Shown here piece by piece: positions 38,232 through 47,089 of a stretch of 64,000 bases of DNA; position 1 is the first letter of the stretch, and each line of letters begins with the position of its first letter. Made by a program: the position numbers and the translations under genes. This DNA is from Acidimicrobiales bacterium (GTDB lineage: Bacteria > Actinomycetota > Acidimicrobiia > Acidimicrobiales > Aldehydirespiratoraceae): contig JAKMFW010000015.1 of NCBI GenBank assembly GCA_022425325.1, positions 15,937 through 79,936 of the forward strand, written 5' to 3'. The notes beneath the pieces are model-generated. The model was not told the origin of the DNA. It saw nothing but the letters and a program-made list of their open reading frames with translations, and ran no database searches.

Positions 38232-39698
38232 TCAGATCGTGAACGTTCGGCCCTCGACCGCAACCCGGGCGCCGATCAGGTCCTCCTGCGTGGCCCGAGC
38301 AGCCAACGCCTCGTCATCGCATGCGGCGACGGCCCGCTTCCCGCTGTCGAGATCGATGACCGCCGAAACCCGGGGGCCGGCGGTCGTGTAGGTGGCGATC
38401 ACCCCTGCACCGTGCGGGTCCTCGTCGAGCGGCGCGACATCGGTCGAGGCTTGGACATCGGCGACGAGATCGGATGGCGTGCATCGAACGCTGGGTTCCG
38501 TTCCCCACACGGTGAGGCCCGGCTTGGTGAGCAGCCCACTGACGGCGGTGACCAAGCCCCGCTCCCCCAGCCGCTCGCGCAGGCACTCGACCATCGCGAC
38601 CGTGGCTTGGAAGACGAAGTTGTTGAACGGGCCACCGGCGAACGGCATTCCACCCGTGATGGTGGCCGTCGCATCGGGGTCGAGTCCGAGTTCGGCCTGC
38701 TGCACCCGGACGGCGGCCGGGAAACACGAGTAGAGCTCGACGTGTTCGATTGCGGTGAGCGGCTCACCCAGCTGCGCCTCGGCCACTCGGCCGAGCACAC
38801 CCATCGCCGGCCATCGATGCAGATCGGCCCGACGGCTGAGCGACAGCGACTGCGACGACTCGAGCGCAACGAGCGGATAGACGGAACGATCAGGGGCGAT
38901 TCCGGCCAGTTCTGCGGTGGCGGTCGACGTGATGAGAATCGCGGCAGCCTGATCGACCCCCCACTGACTGTTGTGCCACTTGTTGTACGGGAACGCGAGC
39001 ATTCGGTTGGCTTCGCCGGGTTCACGGATCCATGCCGCCGAACGAGCTTCCGGGAAGGCCGCCTTCGGATTGGCGCGTGCGACCTCGTTGAACGATTCCC
39101 ACACGGCAGCGATGTCGTCCCGGTGCTCGTCGAGGGTCCACTCCGCCGCGGCTCGCCGAGCCGAGTCGATGAGCGCGTACTGCTGCACGGGGGCGACCGC
39201 GCCGATGTCGATCTCGGGGCGGGCGACAATCTCACCCTCGGGTGCGATCAGTTCGTCGTCACCGCGCTCGAACACATCGAGCGGCGGCAACTCGACTCCC
39301 GCCCGACGGGCAAGATCGTCACGCCGCTTGGTCTCACCGCCGACGATCAGCGCCGCGCGGACCGATCCGTCGAGGACGGCCTCGATCGCCCGATTGATGA
39401 GCGCCTGTTGGGGAATCCCCACCTGGTAGGTGACGACCTGCGCATCGGGAGCACCGACGGCATGGGCCACTCGGCCGGCGGCGTCGGTGAGCATCGACAG
39501 GCCCTGCGTGGCCAGCACGAGGTCGACCATCGAGGCAATCGAGTCGCTGCCGGTGTCGACGACCGCAGCACGAGCGGCCTCGCACATGAGTGCGGCACAG
39601 TCGACACCCTCACCGGGCTCGGTCGGCCATTGCTCCGCCGTCGCCACCCCGACGGCGACGGGATACGACCCGGCGAGATCCTCCGTGCTGATCGCCAT
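38232..39698 (-). CDS. Thiolase-like protein (acetyl-CoA acetyltransferase-like family)
   Basis: GIPQQAL, VDQAAA, ELYSCFP, ITGGMPFAGGPFNN. Confidence 0.8.
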   Translation of the reverse strand: MAISTEDLAGSYPVAVGVATAEQWPTEPGEGVDCAALMCEAARAAVVDTGSDSIASMVDLVLATQGLSMLTDAAGRVAHAVGAPDAQVVTYQVGIPQQALINRAIEAVLDGSVRAALIVGGETKRRDDLARRAGVELPPLDVFERGDDELIAPEGEIVARPEIDIGAVAPVQQYALIDSARRAAAEWTLDEHRDDIAAVWESFNEVARANPKAAFPEARSAAWIREPGEANRMLAFPYNKWHNSQWGVDQAAAILITSTATAELAGIAPDRSVYPLVALESSQSLSLSRRADLHRWPAMGVLGRVAEAQLGEPLTAIEHVELYSCFPAAVRVQQAELGLDPDATATITGGMPFAGGPFNNFVFQATVAMVECLRERLGERGLVTAVSGLLTKPGLTVWGTEPSVRCTPSDLVADVQASTDVAPLDEDPHGAGVIATYTTAGPRVSAVIDLDSGKRAVAACDDEALAARATQEDLIGARVAVEGRTFTI

Positions 39699-40315
39699 CA
39701 GGCCGGTCGGGTGAGGTCGAACAGGTCGGTGGCGTGGGAGTACCAGTTGCCGGCGTGGCGGCCGACCGCCCGCAGCTCGGACTGGTCGACGCGAGTGCCG
39801 TCGAGGACTCGATCGGCAACGTGCACCACGACAACTTCACCGATGACGAGATCGTTGCCACCTCCGGCGCGTCCGACGTGCACGATGTCGACGACGATGC
39901 ACTCCATCGTGGCGGTCGCCTCCGCAACGCGAGGCGGACGGATGCGTTCCGACGCCAGCTTGGTCAACCCGGCGTGCTCGAATTCGTCCTCCTCGGGCGG
40001 CAGTGTCGCAGCGGTGTCGTTCATCGCTGCGACGGTCTCGGCCGTGACGATGTTGACCGTGAACTCCGGTACCTGCTTCACGTTGGCGAGCGAGTCCTTG
40101 TCACCGCCGCCGACGGAACCGGGAGAGAAGGCAACGTGCATCGGGTCGTTGCCGATCAGGTTGAAGAACGAATAGGGCGCGAGGTTCGCGACGCCATCGG
40201 CCGAGATCGAGCCGATCCACCCGATGGGCCGCGGAACGATCAGGCCCGAGCACAGCTTGTAGGCATCGTGCGCAGCGATCTCGTCGGTGAAGAAGGTCGT
40301 CGAGGCGTCAAACAT
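39698..40315 (-). CDS. Flavin reductase family protein
   Basis: IVPRPIGWI, NLAPYSFFN, KDSLAN, EFTVNIV. Confidence 0.9.
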   Translation of the reverse strand: MFDASTTFFTDEIAAHDAYKLCSGLIVPRPIGWIGSISADGVANLAPYSFFNLIGNDPMHVAFSPGSVGGGDKDSLANVKQVPEFTVNIVTAETVAAMNDTAATLPPEEDEFEHAGLTKLASERIRPPRVAEATATMECIVVDIVHVGRAGGGNDLVIGEVVVVHVADRVLDGTRVDQSELRAVGRHAGNWYSHATDLFDLTRPA

Positions 40316-40359
40316 GGCTGAATTGTGCGACTCCAGCGTCCACTTGTCACAATTGGCCC

Positions 40360-41484
40360 ATGACCGCCCTGCTCGACGCTGCCCGTGACCTGTTCGAAAC
40401 CCTCGACGCCGAGGCCGCGATCGCCGAGGAAGCTGGCACTCCGATGACCGATCGCGCCGTGGCTCTGTGTCGAGACGCCGGGTTGTACGGGACGATGATC
40501 GCCCGCGATGCCGGTGGCGCCGAGCTGACGATCGGCGAGAGCCTCGACGTCTTCAAGGAACTGGCCCGAGCGGACGGCTCGACCGGTTGGGTCGTCATGG
40601 CATCGTCAACTGCTGCCGCCTACTTCTCGGCGTTCTGCCCCGATTCGTTCGTCCAGCAGGCGTTCGGTGACGGCCCGTCGCCGCTGGTGGCCGGCCAGTT
40701 CGCCCCGAACGGCGTGGCCGTGCCCGACGGCGACACGTACGCCATCACCGGCTCGTACAACTTCGGCAGCGGCATCGAGCACGCTGACTGGGTCGGCTGC
40801 GGTTCGTTCACCGCCCCGACAGACGGCACGCCGGCCGATTACATGTTCGCCGTCGTTCCCAAAGAGGAAGCCGACATCACCGGCAACTGGGACGTCCTCG
40901 GGCTCCGGGCGACCGCCAGCTACGACTACTCGATCGACTCGACCGTCCCGGCCGACCGGACCTTCAGCTTCGGTGGCCACACCCGTCATCGGGGTGGCCC
41001 GATGTACGACCTCGGTGTGTTGTGCCTCACCGAGGTCGGCCATGCCGGTTGGGTGCTTGGTGTCCTGCGGCGAGCCATCGACGAGGCGGCCCTGATCGCC
41101 CGCTCGAAACAGCGCATGACCGGCAAGACCACACTCGCCGACGATCCCCGTTTCCAGTACGACCTGGCGATGGCCGAATCGACACTCCAGTCCGGCGAGC
41201 TGTGGATTCGCGACGCGTTCCACCGAGCCGAGCAGCACGCCATCGCCGGCGGCGGCATCGACCCGGCGATCGACAACGACGTTCGCCAGTCGACGACCTT
41301 CCTCACCCAGCGTGCGTGCCGCGTCGTGCAGGATCTCTACCTGCACATCGGCACGACCGCGCTGCGCGACGGGCCGTTCCAGCGCTGCTTCCGCGACCTG
41401 CATGCAGGCAGTCAGCACGCGATGGTGAGCCCGGCGCACACCTTCGAGTTCGCAGGCCGGCTCCTCGCCGAGCCTGAGGCTTAA
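40360..41484 (+). CDS. Flavin-dependent monooxygenase, acyl-CoA dehydrogenase fold (HsaA-like)
   Basis: ADGSTGW, FGSGIEHADW, WDVLGLRATAS, QRCFRDLHAGSQH. Confidence 0.85.
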   Translation: MTALLDAARDLFETLDAEAAIAEEAGTPMTDRAVALCRDAGLYGTMIARDAGGAELTIGESLDVFKELARADGSTGWVVMASSTAAAYFSAFCPDSFVQQAFGDGPSPLVAGQFAPNGVAVPDGDTYAITGSYNFGSGIEHADWVGCGSFTAPTDGTPADYMFAVVPKEEADITGNWDVLGLRATASYDYSIDSTVPADRTFSFGGHTRHRGGPMYDLGVLCLTEVGHAGWVLGVLRRAIDEAALIARSKQRMTGKTTLADDPRFQYDLAMAESTLQSGELWIRDAFHRAEQHAIAGGGIDPAIDNDVRQSTTFLTQRACRVVQDLYLHIGTTALRDGPFQRCFRDLHAGSQHAMVSPAHTFEFAGRLLAEPEA

Positions 41485-44048
41485 CCTTCGGCGCCGACCT
41501 TGTCGTCGAGCTTGGCAATCACCCGCTGCATCATCTCGCGAGCGACCATCGGCCCGGCGTTCTGGTTCTGACCGGTGATGAGGTCGCCGTCGACCGCGAC
41601 ATGGTTGGCGAAGGCATCGCGGCGCTTGTGGCGGGTCGACTCGAACAACGCCCCGGCGTTGCGCAGCTCCCGCTCCGGGTGCTGCGGGGTGTGGCTGATG
41701 CCGAGTTGCTTCACCTGACGGTCGGTGACGGCGGTGAGGCGACGTCCTTCGACGAACAAGGTGCCGTCGGGGTTCGTGGCCTGAAGGAGTCCGAGCGGTC
41801 CGTGGCACACGCCACCGATGACTGCGTCATTGGCGATCGCAGCCGAGGCTTGCTCGCCGACGACCTCGGAACGGCCGAGATCCCAGGCCGCACCCCAACC
41901 GCCGGCGAAGAAGACGATGTCGTACGTCGACATGTCGAGATCGCCGATGGCGAGCGAGTTCTCGCAGAGGTCCTGCAGGACCGGGTCGTCGAGGTAACGG
42001 TCGTCTTCGGTGGTGCGAATCGGGGGGCGGAACGATGTCGGGTCGAACGGGATGTCGCCCCCGCGAGGTGACGCCACGTCGACCTCCATGCCGGCGTCAA
42101 GGAAGGCGTAGTACGGCACGGTGAGTTCGGAGCCGAACACCCCCGTGGCCTTCCCGGGCTTGAGCGTGCCGTGGTTGGTGGCCACGACGAGCGCCCTACG
42201 CCCGGCAACACCCGACAGATCAACGCCGGTGACATCGTCGTCGGGGTGCATGCCCGCCTTCTGCAGCGCCTTGCGCAGGCGGAGGACCGGTCGTGGAGGT
42301 GTCTTCATCTTGGGGGTCTTTCGTTCGGGCCGCTGGACGTAGGGCCACGGGATGTTGCGTTCGTGAACCTTTTCGCTGCGGGTGGTGGTGAGCGTCTGCT
42401 GCAACGCGGTGAGCAGATCGGCGTGCGCCGGATCGATGGCGAGGTTGAGGGCCTCGATCGGATCGGCGTCGAGGTCGTAGAGCTCCCACTGATCGGGGAT
42501 CGGGTCGGTGCGAAACGCAGGGCCGGCCGGGCTGCGCACCGAGAGGTGACGCACGTGCGGATCGGTCCAGGTGGCCGGGTCATCGAAGGTGCGAGCGATC
42601 TTGTAGAGCGTGCCCTCGTGTTCGACGACGACGCCCTCGACGTTGGTCGCAGCATGGGCCGGGATCCGGATCTGCAGCGGGAACGCCGGTTCAAGCCGAC
42701 CACGGGCACGAGCCATCGCGCTCGCGGAACCGTCGCCTTCGAGCATGTTGTCGCGGGTGATCAGATAGATCGGCTGGCCTTCCGGCGCGTCTCCCGGCGA
42801 TGCGACCAGGCCGCTGAGATCACGCCCGGGGAGCGGGTGCACCTCGCTGTGGGTCTGCGTGAGCGTCTCGGCGAGTTCGGCCTCGTTGGCACCGGCGAGG
42901 CCAAGCAGGGTCGGCAGCAGGTCGATATGGCTGGTCGGTGTGCGCTCGATCGATGCTCCGACAGACGCCTGGGCTCCGACCCGAGCGATCTGGAACGGCA
43001 CTCGGACGGCCTCGTCGTAGAGCTGGTACCACTTCTGGTGCAGTCCGCCGTGCGAGCCGAGGAGGTCGCCGTGATCGGCGCTGAACACGAGCACGGCATC
43101 GTCGGCGTTGTCGGTGACGGCTTTGCGGACCCGATCGATCGGGCCGTCGACGTCGTGATGGAAGCGGTAGTAGAGCTCCCGGTACTCGGCCGCGTTTCTC
43201 TCGTACGCGCCCTTGACGAGTCGGGTGACCGCGTAACCCGAGTAGTACGCGTCTCGGTAGGCGCTGTGGAGCGCAGGCTTGCTCGAGAGATCCTCGTCGT
43301 CGGTGGGGGACGGCGGGATCGTCGGCGGCGGGGCGATCGACGGCGGGTAGGTCTTGCCCTGCCGCATGAAGCGCGGGAACAGCACGATGTCGTGCGGGTT
43401 GACGAAGCAGCACATGAGGAGGAACGGCTTCAGCGCTTCCTCATCGCCGGCTGCGCGGCGGGCGTACCGGTCCTCGAGCCATGCGACGGTGCGGTCGGCG
43501 TACAGCGGGTCGCGGATGTAGCCCGTGTTGGCGATATCGGCGCCGTGGGGTTCGGGCCCGACCCAGCCGCTGAAGCCGAACTCGCCGAGCGGGTCGGCAT
43601 CGAGGTACGCCTGCACAGCCTCGGGGAAGACGTGGCCATCACCCGAGTTGGTCGGCACCGGCTTGCCGTTCTTCATGAGGTCGGCGTGGCTGACATGCCA
43701 TTTGCCGTCGTAGTGGGTGTCGTAACCCGCGGCCCGGAACCAGTTGCCGATCGTGGGGACCTCACCCGGGCGCAGCCACCGCATGCGGGTGTCGTCGTGG
43801 AGTTTGCCGAGACCGTCGGTCTGGGTGACGCCGTGCACTTCGGGGTACTGGCCGGTGAGCAGCGACGGGCGACTCGGCACGCACGCGGTCGAGGCGACAT
43901 AGTGCCGCTCGAAGCTCACACCGTTGTCGGCGAACCAGGCACGGGCGGGCAGGTGCTCGTTGCGCCAGGCTCGAATCTCGTCGTTCTCGTAGCTCGGAGC
44001 GGCGCGCTCTTCGTCGGTGAGGATGATGATCAGGTCGGGACGGCTCAT
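41481..44048 (-). CDS. Sulfatase fused to a C-terminal DJ-1/PfpI domain (855 aa)
   Basis: ILTDEER, CVPSRPSLLTG (CxPxR), GKWH, NPHD, ADHG; then GVFGSE, AGGWG, VCHGP, ITGQNQ; start ATG 44048 overlaps the SRPBCC stop. Confidence 0.88.
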   Translation of the reverse strand: MSRPDLIIILTDEERAAPSYENDEIRAWRNEHLPARAWFADNGVSFERHYVASTACVPSRPSLLTGQYPEVHGVTQTDGLGKLHDDTRMRWLRPGEVPTIGNWFRAAGYDTHYDGKWHVSHADLMKNGKPVPTNSGDGHVFPEAVQAYLDADPLGEFGFSGWVGPEPHGADIANTGYIRDPLYADRTVAWLEDRYARRAAGDEEALKPFLLMCCFVNPHDIVLFPRFMRQGKTYPPSIAPPPTIPPSPTDDEDLSSKPALHSAYRDAYYSGYAVTRLVKGAYERNAAEYRELYYRFHHDVDGPIDRVRKAVTDNADDAVLVFSADHGDLLGSHGGLHQKWYQLYDEAVRVPFQIARVGAQASVGASIERTPTSHIDLLPTLLGLAGANEAELAETLTQTHSEVHPLPGRDLSGLVASPGDAPEGQPIYLITRDNMLEGDGSASAMARARGRLEPAFPLQIRIPAHAATNVEGVVVEHEGTLYKIARTFDDPATWTDPHVRHLSVRSPAGPAFRTDPIPDQWELYDLDADPIEALNLAIDPAHADLLTALQQTLTTTRSEKVHERNIPWPYVQRPERKTPKMKTPPRPVLRLRKALQKAGMHPDDDVTGVDLSGVAGRRALVVATNHGTLKPGKATGVFGSELTVPYYAFLDAGMEVDVASPRGGDIPFDPTSFRPPIRTTEDDRYLDDPVLQDLCENSLAIGDLDMSTYDIVFFAGGWGAAWDLGRSEVVGEQASAAIANDAVIGGVCHGPLGLLQATNPDGTLFVEGRRLTAVTDRQVKQLGISHTPQHPERELRNAGALFESTRHKRRDAFANHVAVDGDLITGQNQNAGPMVAREMMQRVIAKLDDKVGAEG

Positions 44049-44491
44049 GAGCTTTCCTTCTCGGAGCGGGCGACGAGGTCGTTGACGAGCGACGCGTTGG
44101 TTCGCCCGATCAACCGAGCGGCAGCTTTGGCGGCAAGCTTCATCGGCGGCCGTGGGCCGGGTTCGATGCTGGCGGTAAGTTCGATCGAGGTGCCGGCGCC
44201 GCGGGCCACCAGCACCCATCGGTTCTGCACGCTGCGCAGGGCCTTGGGGAGACCGAGGATCTCGTAGGCCATCACCTCATTCGGTGCCCACTCGACGATC
44301 TCCTCGAGCAGGACGTTGGATCCCACGACGACCCGACGGCGAGCGTCGGGCCCGGCCGGCGCAGCGGTCATGGCACTGCAGTGGTTGATGGCCGACGCCC
44401 AGGTGTGCAGCTGGAAATAGTCGCCGAGCACCGACCACACAACCTCGGGCGACGCAGACGAATAGCCGGCCTTGACGACGTGCTCGGTCAC
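44045..44491 (-). CDS. SRPBCC/polyketide cyclase-like ligand-binding protein
   Basis: SPEVVWSVLGDY...W, EEIVEW.P...AYEI; GTGA overlap with the TetR stop. Confidence 0.82.
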   Translation of the reverse strand: MTEHVVKAGYSSASPEVVWSVLGDYFQLHTWASAINHCSAMTAAPAGPDARRRVVVGSNVLLEEIVEWAPNEVMAYEILGLPKALRSVQNRWVLVARGAGTSIELTASIEPGPRPPMKLAAKAAARLIGRTNASLVNDLVARSEKESS

Positions 44492-45099
44492 GATGTCTCC
44501 GGCGCGAGCAGGCGCGACAGGGCAGCCACCAATGCCGCTCGTGTCGCCGACTTCGAGAGTCGCTGGTGGAACCGCAGTGTCTCGATCGCCTCAAAAGTCA
44601 GCACCATGGTCATGGCGTTGGTGAGCGCGTCGGCCTCTTCGGTGGGAAGCGCGTCGAGGTCGGAGCGAAAATGGGCCCAGGCCTGGCGACGGAGCCGCGA
44701 CCGGTTGCGCGTGAGGTTGTCCATCAAGACGTCGCTGCGCAGAGCGTGCATGCGTCCGACGCGAGCGACCGGCGCCACCCGCTCGTAGAGGTCGAACCGG
44801 TGGTCGACGAACTGCTCGATTCGCCCCGCCCGATCGCCTGCGGGCTCGGCGTCGAACTGAAGGAAGGGCTCCAACATCGCGTGATGGCGTTCGATGGCGA
44901 CGCGATACAGCTCTTCGAGATCCTGGAAGTAGCGAAAGACACTGCGATGCGAGACGCCCGAGCGATCGGCGATCTCGTCGAGCGATGGCGAGACGTTGCC
45001 TTCTTGGTACAGCGACAAGATGGCGTCGACGACCGTCTCCCGGTTGCGGTCGCGACGAGCGCGGCGCCCGTCGATGCTGGCGAGTTCTCCCGAGCTCAT
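44488..45099 (-). CDS. TetR/AcrR family transcriptional regulator
   Basis: DGRRARRDRNR, PSLDEIADRSGVSHRSVFRYF HTH; ATG 45099 overlaps the upstream TGA. Confidence 0.92.
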   Translation of the reverse strand: MSSGELASIDGRRARRDRNRETVVDAILSLYQEGNVSPSLDEIADRSGVSHRSVFRYFQDLEELYRVAIERHHAMLEPFLQFDAEPAGDRAGRIEQFVDHRFDLYERVAPVARVGRMHALRSDVLMDNLTRNRSRLRRQAWAHFRSDLDALPTEEADALTNAMTMVLTFEAIETLRFHQRLSKSATRAALVAALSRLLAPETS

Positions 45100-46250
45100 C
45101 GGTGCCCCGGCGCCATGTAGAACCAGACCGGGAAGGGTCCTTCGGCATCCTTGATCGCCTGGCGGGCGGCCATGACGACCTTTCCCGCCTCGGTGACCTC
45201 GTAGAACCAGGCCTCGGCGGCGCGGCCGGCGGGTGGCGGCCCGTCGACGAGTTCCATCGCTGCCTCCTCGTAGTACGAGCGGATGTCGTGCACGAGCGAG
45301 ATCGTGTTCTTGCCCGGAATGTCGGCGTCTTTCCACGGGGTGCCAGCGGCGATCGACTCGAGGGCGGCGATGGCTGCCTCGATGCCGTCGACGTCGACGG
45401 AGCGCCCGACTTGCGTGGCGCCCCGCTTGGCGAACGAGCGCTCCCAGGCCTTGCGGAGACCTCGGAGTTCTTGCACGGCAGCCGATGCCTCGGCGTCGAA
45501 GGCCGGTGGGATCTGACAACTCATCGGTGTCTCATCGGCCTCGATGACCTCGGGATGATGCTCGAGCACCGGGCCAGATTCGGCGTCGAGCAGGGCGAAC
45601 GCACGGGCGAGCACGTCGTGCTGGAACTCGGGATCCTGTGGCTTGCCGAGGGGACGACCGAGGGGGAAGTCACACCAGAGCGCTCGAGGCGGTTGGGTCC
45701 GCTCGACGACCGACAGGGTCGAGGCCAGCGTGACGGTGGCGATACCGGCCGCTTCGAAGACATGGGCGAGCACACTCACGGTGCGCGTGCAGAGCGGTCA
45801 AACGGGGGTGAGGAGCACGACGTCGACGCCGTCGGCCTTCAGGGCCGCTGCGGCGGCCGGGCCAGAATCCATGCGGATCGTGGCGACATCGTCAGGCTGG
45901 TTGCCGGCGAAGCTGACGTGTCGATCGGCAACCGAGCCGATCACACCCTGCTCGGCGAGCTCCTCGAGCCGGTCGATCGGGTAGACGACATTGAGGTCGA
46001 GGGTGAATCCCGTGCGGTCGAAATTCGGACTCCAGTGACCGAGCACGAGATCGCGTGCTTCGCGTGGGACGAACCGATAGCTCGTGTCGCCCTGGGAGAA
46101 GCGATCGTCGTCGGTCGTGTGGAGTGCCGCCGAGGTCACGATCGCGACCTTGGCCTGCGCCAGCGGCGTGGGGGTCACCCAGGCTGGATCTTCGAAGGTC
46201 GGCGTCGGGAAGTTGTCCCCGAGCGCCCGCATTGCAACATCACCGGACAT
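45096..46250 (-). CDS. Probable selenoprotein, PrdB/GrdB-like (reductase selenoprotein B family) with C-terminal extension; Sec at TGA 45798-45800
   Basis: KVAIVTSAALH, DTSYR, DLNVVYPIDRL, HVSFAG, DGVDVVLLTPV-TGA-PLCTRTVSVLAHVFEAAGIATV...PPRALWCDFPLGRP are continuous in one frame; UxxC motif. Confidence 0.85.
45770..45790 (-). promoter_or_regulatory. Candidate bacterial SECIS hairpin
   Basis: mRNA UGA-CCGCUCU-GCACGC-GCACCGUGA-GUGUGC; 6-bp stem starting 7 nt after the UGA, loop begins with G; spacing is short relative to the E. coli-type consensus. Confidence 0.4.
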
Positions 46251-46256
46251 GACCGC

Positions 46257-46285
46257 AGCATAATTTGGCAGTCTGACTGCCACAA
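46257..46285 (-). promoter_or_regulatory. Promoter of the selenoprotein operon with overlapping palindromic operator
   Basis: Minus strand TTGTGG-N17-TATGCT-N6-ATG(46250); perfect dyad TGGCAGTC-N-GACTGCCA at 46266-46282. Confidence 0.72.
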
Positions 46286-46295
46286 GTCAGGTTGG

Positions 46296-47066
46296 TCACT
46301 CCACCTCGACCTGGTCTCGGCCCCGAGCCTCGATGTCGGCCCGCCGGTCGGCAAAAGCCGAGCGATCAAAGCCACCGCGCTCGATCCACGAGCGGTTGAC
46401 TTCGCGCTCGACGGTGAGCCCCTCGGCCGGTGTCACCGAGCCGGCCGCCCAATACAGCCGTTTCATCGCCGACACCGTGACCGCCTCGATGCCCGCCACA
46501 TCGGCGGCAAGCGCTTGCGCTCGACCGACAAGTTCGTCGTGAGGGACGATCTCGTTGAGCAGCCCCCACTCGAGCGCCTGGCGAGCGTCGACATAATTGC
46601 CGGTGAAGCTCATCTGACGGGCTCGCCGAACCCCGACGGCACGGGGCAGTTCGACTGACAATCCCCAACCCGGCAAGATCCCGACACGGGCGTGGGTGTC
46701 GGCGAACGCCGCCCGTTCCGAGCCGATCAGAAGGTCGCACGCCAGCGCGAGTTCGAGTCCGCCGGTGACCGCAGCGCCGTTGACCGCGCCGATGACCGGT
46801 GTGCCCATGTCGGCCGGGATCGGCGGCGCCGAGCCACCACCGCCGAGCGTGCCCTCGGCGAGATCGTGCAGGTCGAGCCCCGCACAGAACGCCGGGTCGG
46901 CACCCGTCAGCACGATGGCGGCGACGTCGGCGTTGGCATCGAGCGACGTCATCGCCTCTCGGAGGCCGCCGATCAACAAGGCGTTGAGGGCATTGCGGAC
47001 CTCGGGCCGGTTCAGCCAGACGGTGGCCACCGGACCCTCGATCTCCACGTGCAGGACATCATCCAT
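46296..47066 (-). CDS. Enoyl-CoA hydratase/isomerase
   Basis: LNRPEVRNAL, FCAGLDL, AVNGAAVTGGLEL, DTHARVG. Confidence 0.92.
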   Translation of the reverse strand: MDDVLHVEIEGPVATVWLNRPEVRNALNALLIGGLREAMTSLDANADVAAIVLTGADPAFCAGLDLHDLAEGTLGGGGSAPPIPADMGTPVIGAVNGAAVTGGLELALACDLLIGSERAAFADTHARVGILPGWGLSVELPRAVGVRRARQMSFTGNYVDARQALEWGLLNEIVPHDELVGRAQALAADVAGIEAVTVSAMKRLYWAAGSVTPAEGLTVEREVNRSWIERGGFDRSAFADRRADIEARGRDQVEVE

Positions 47067-47089
47067 GCGCCTCGGTCTAGCATCCCGGC

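Noticed and set aside
45798..45800. Nonsense mutation, pseudogene or two separate genes
   Set aside because: The stop is TGA exactly at the family's Sec position with Cys three residues later, both halves are intact and in frame, and coupling to the next gene is preserved
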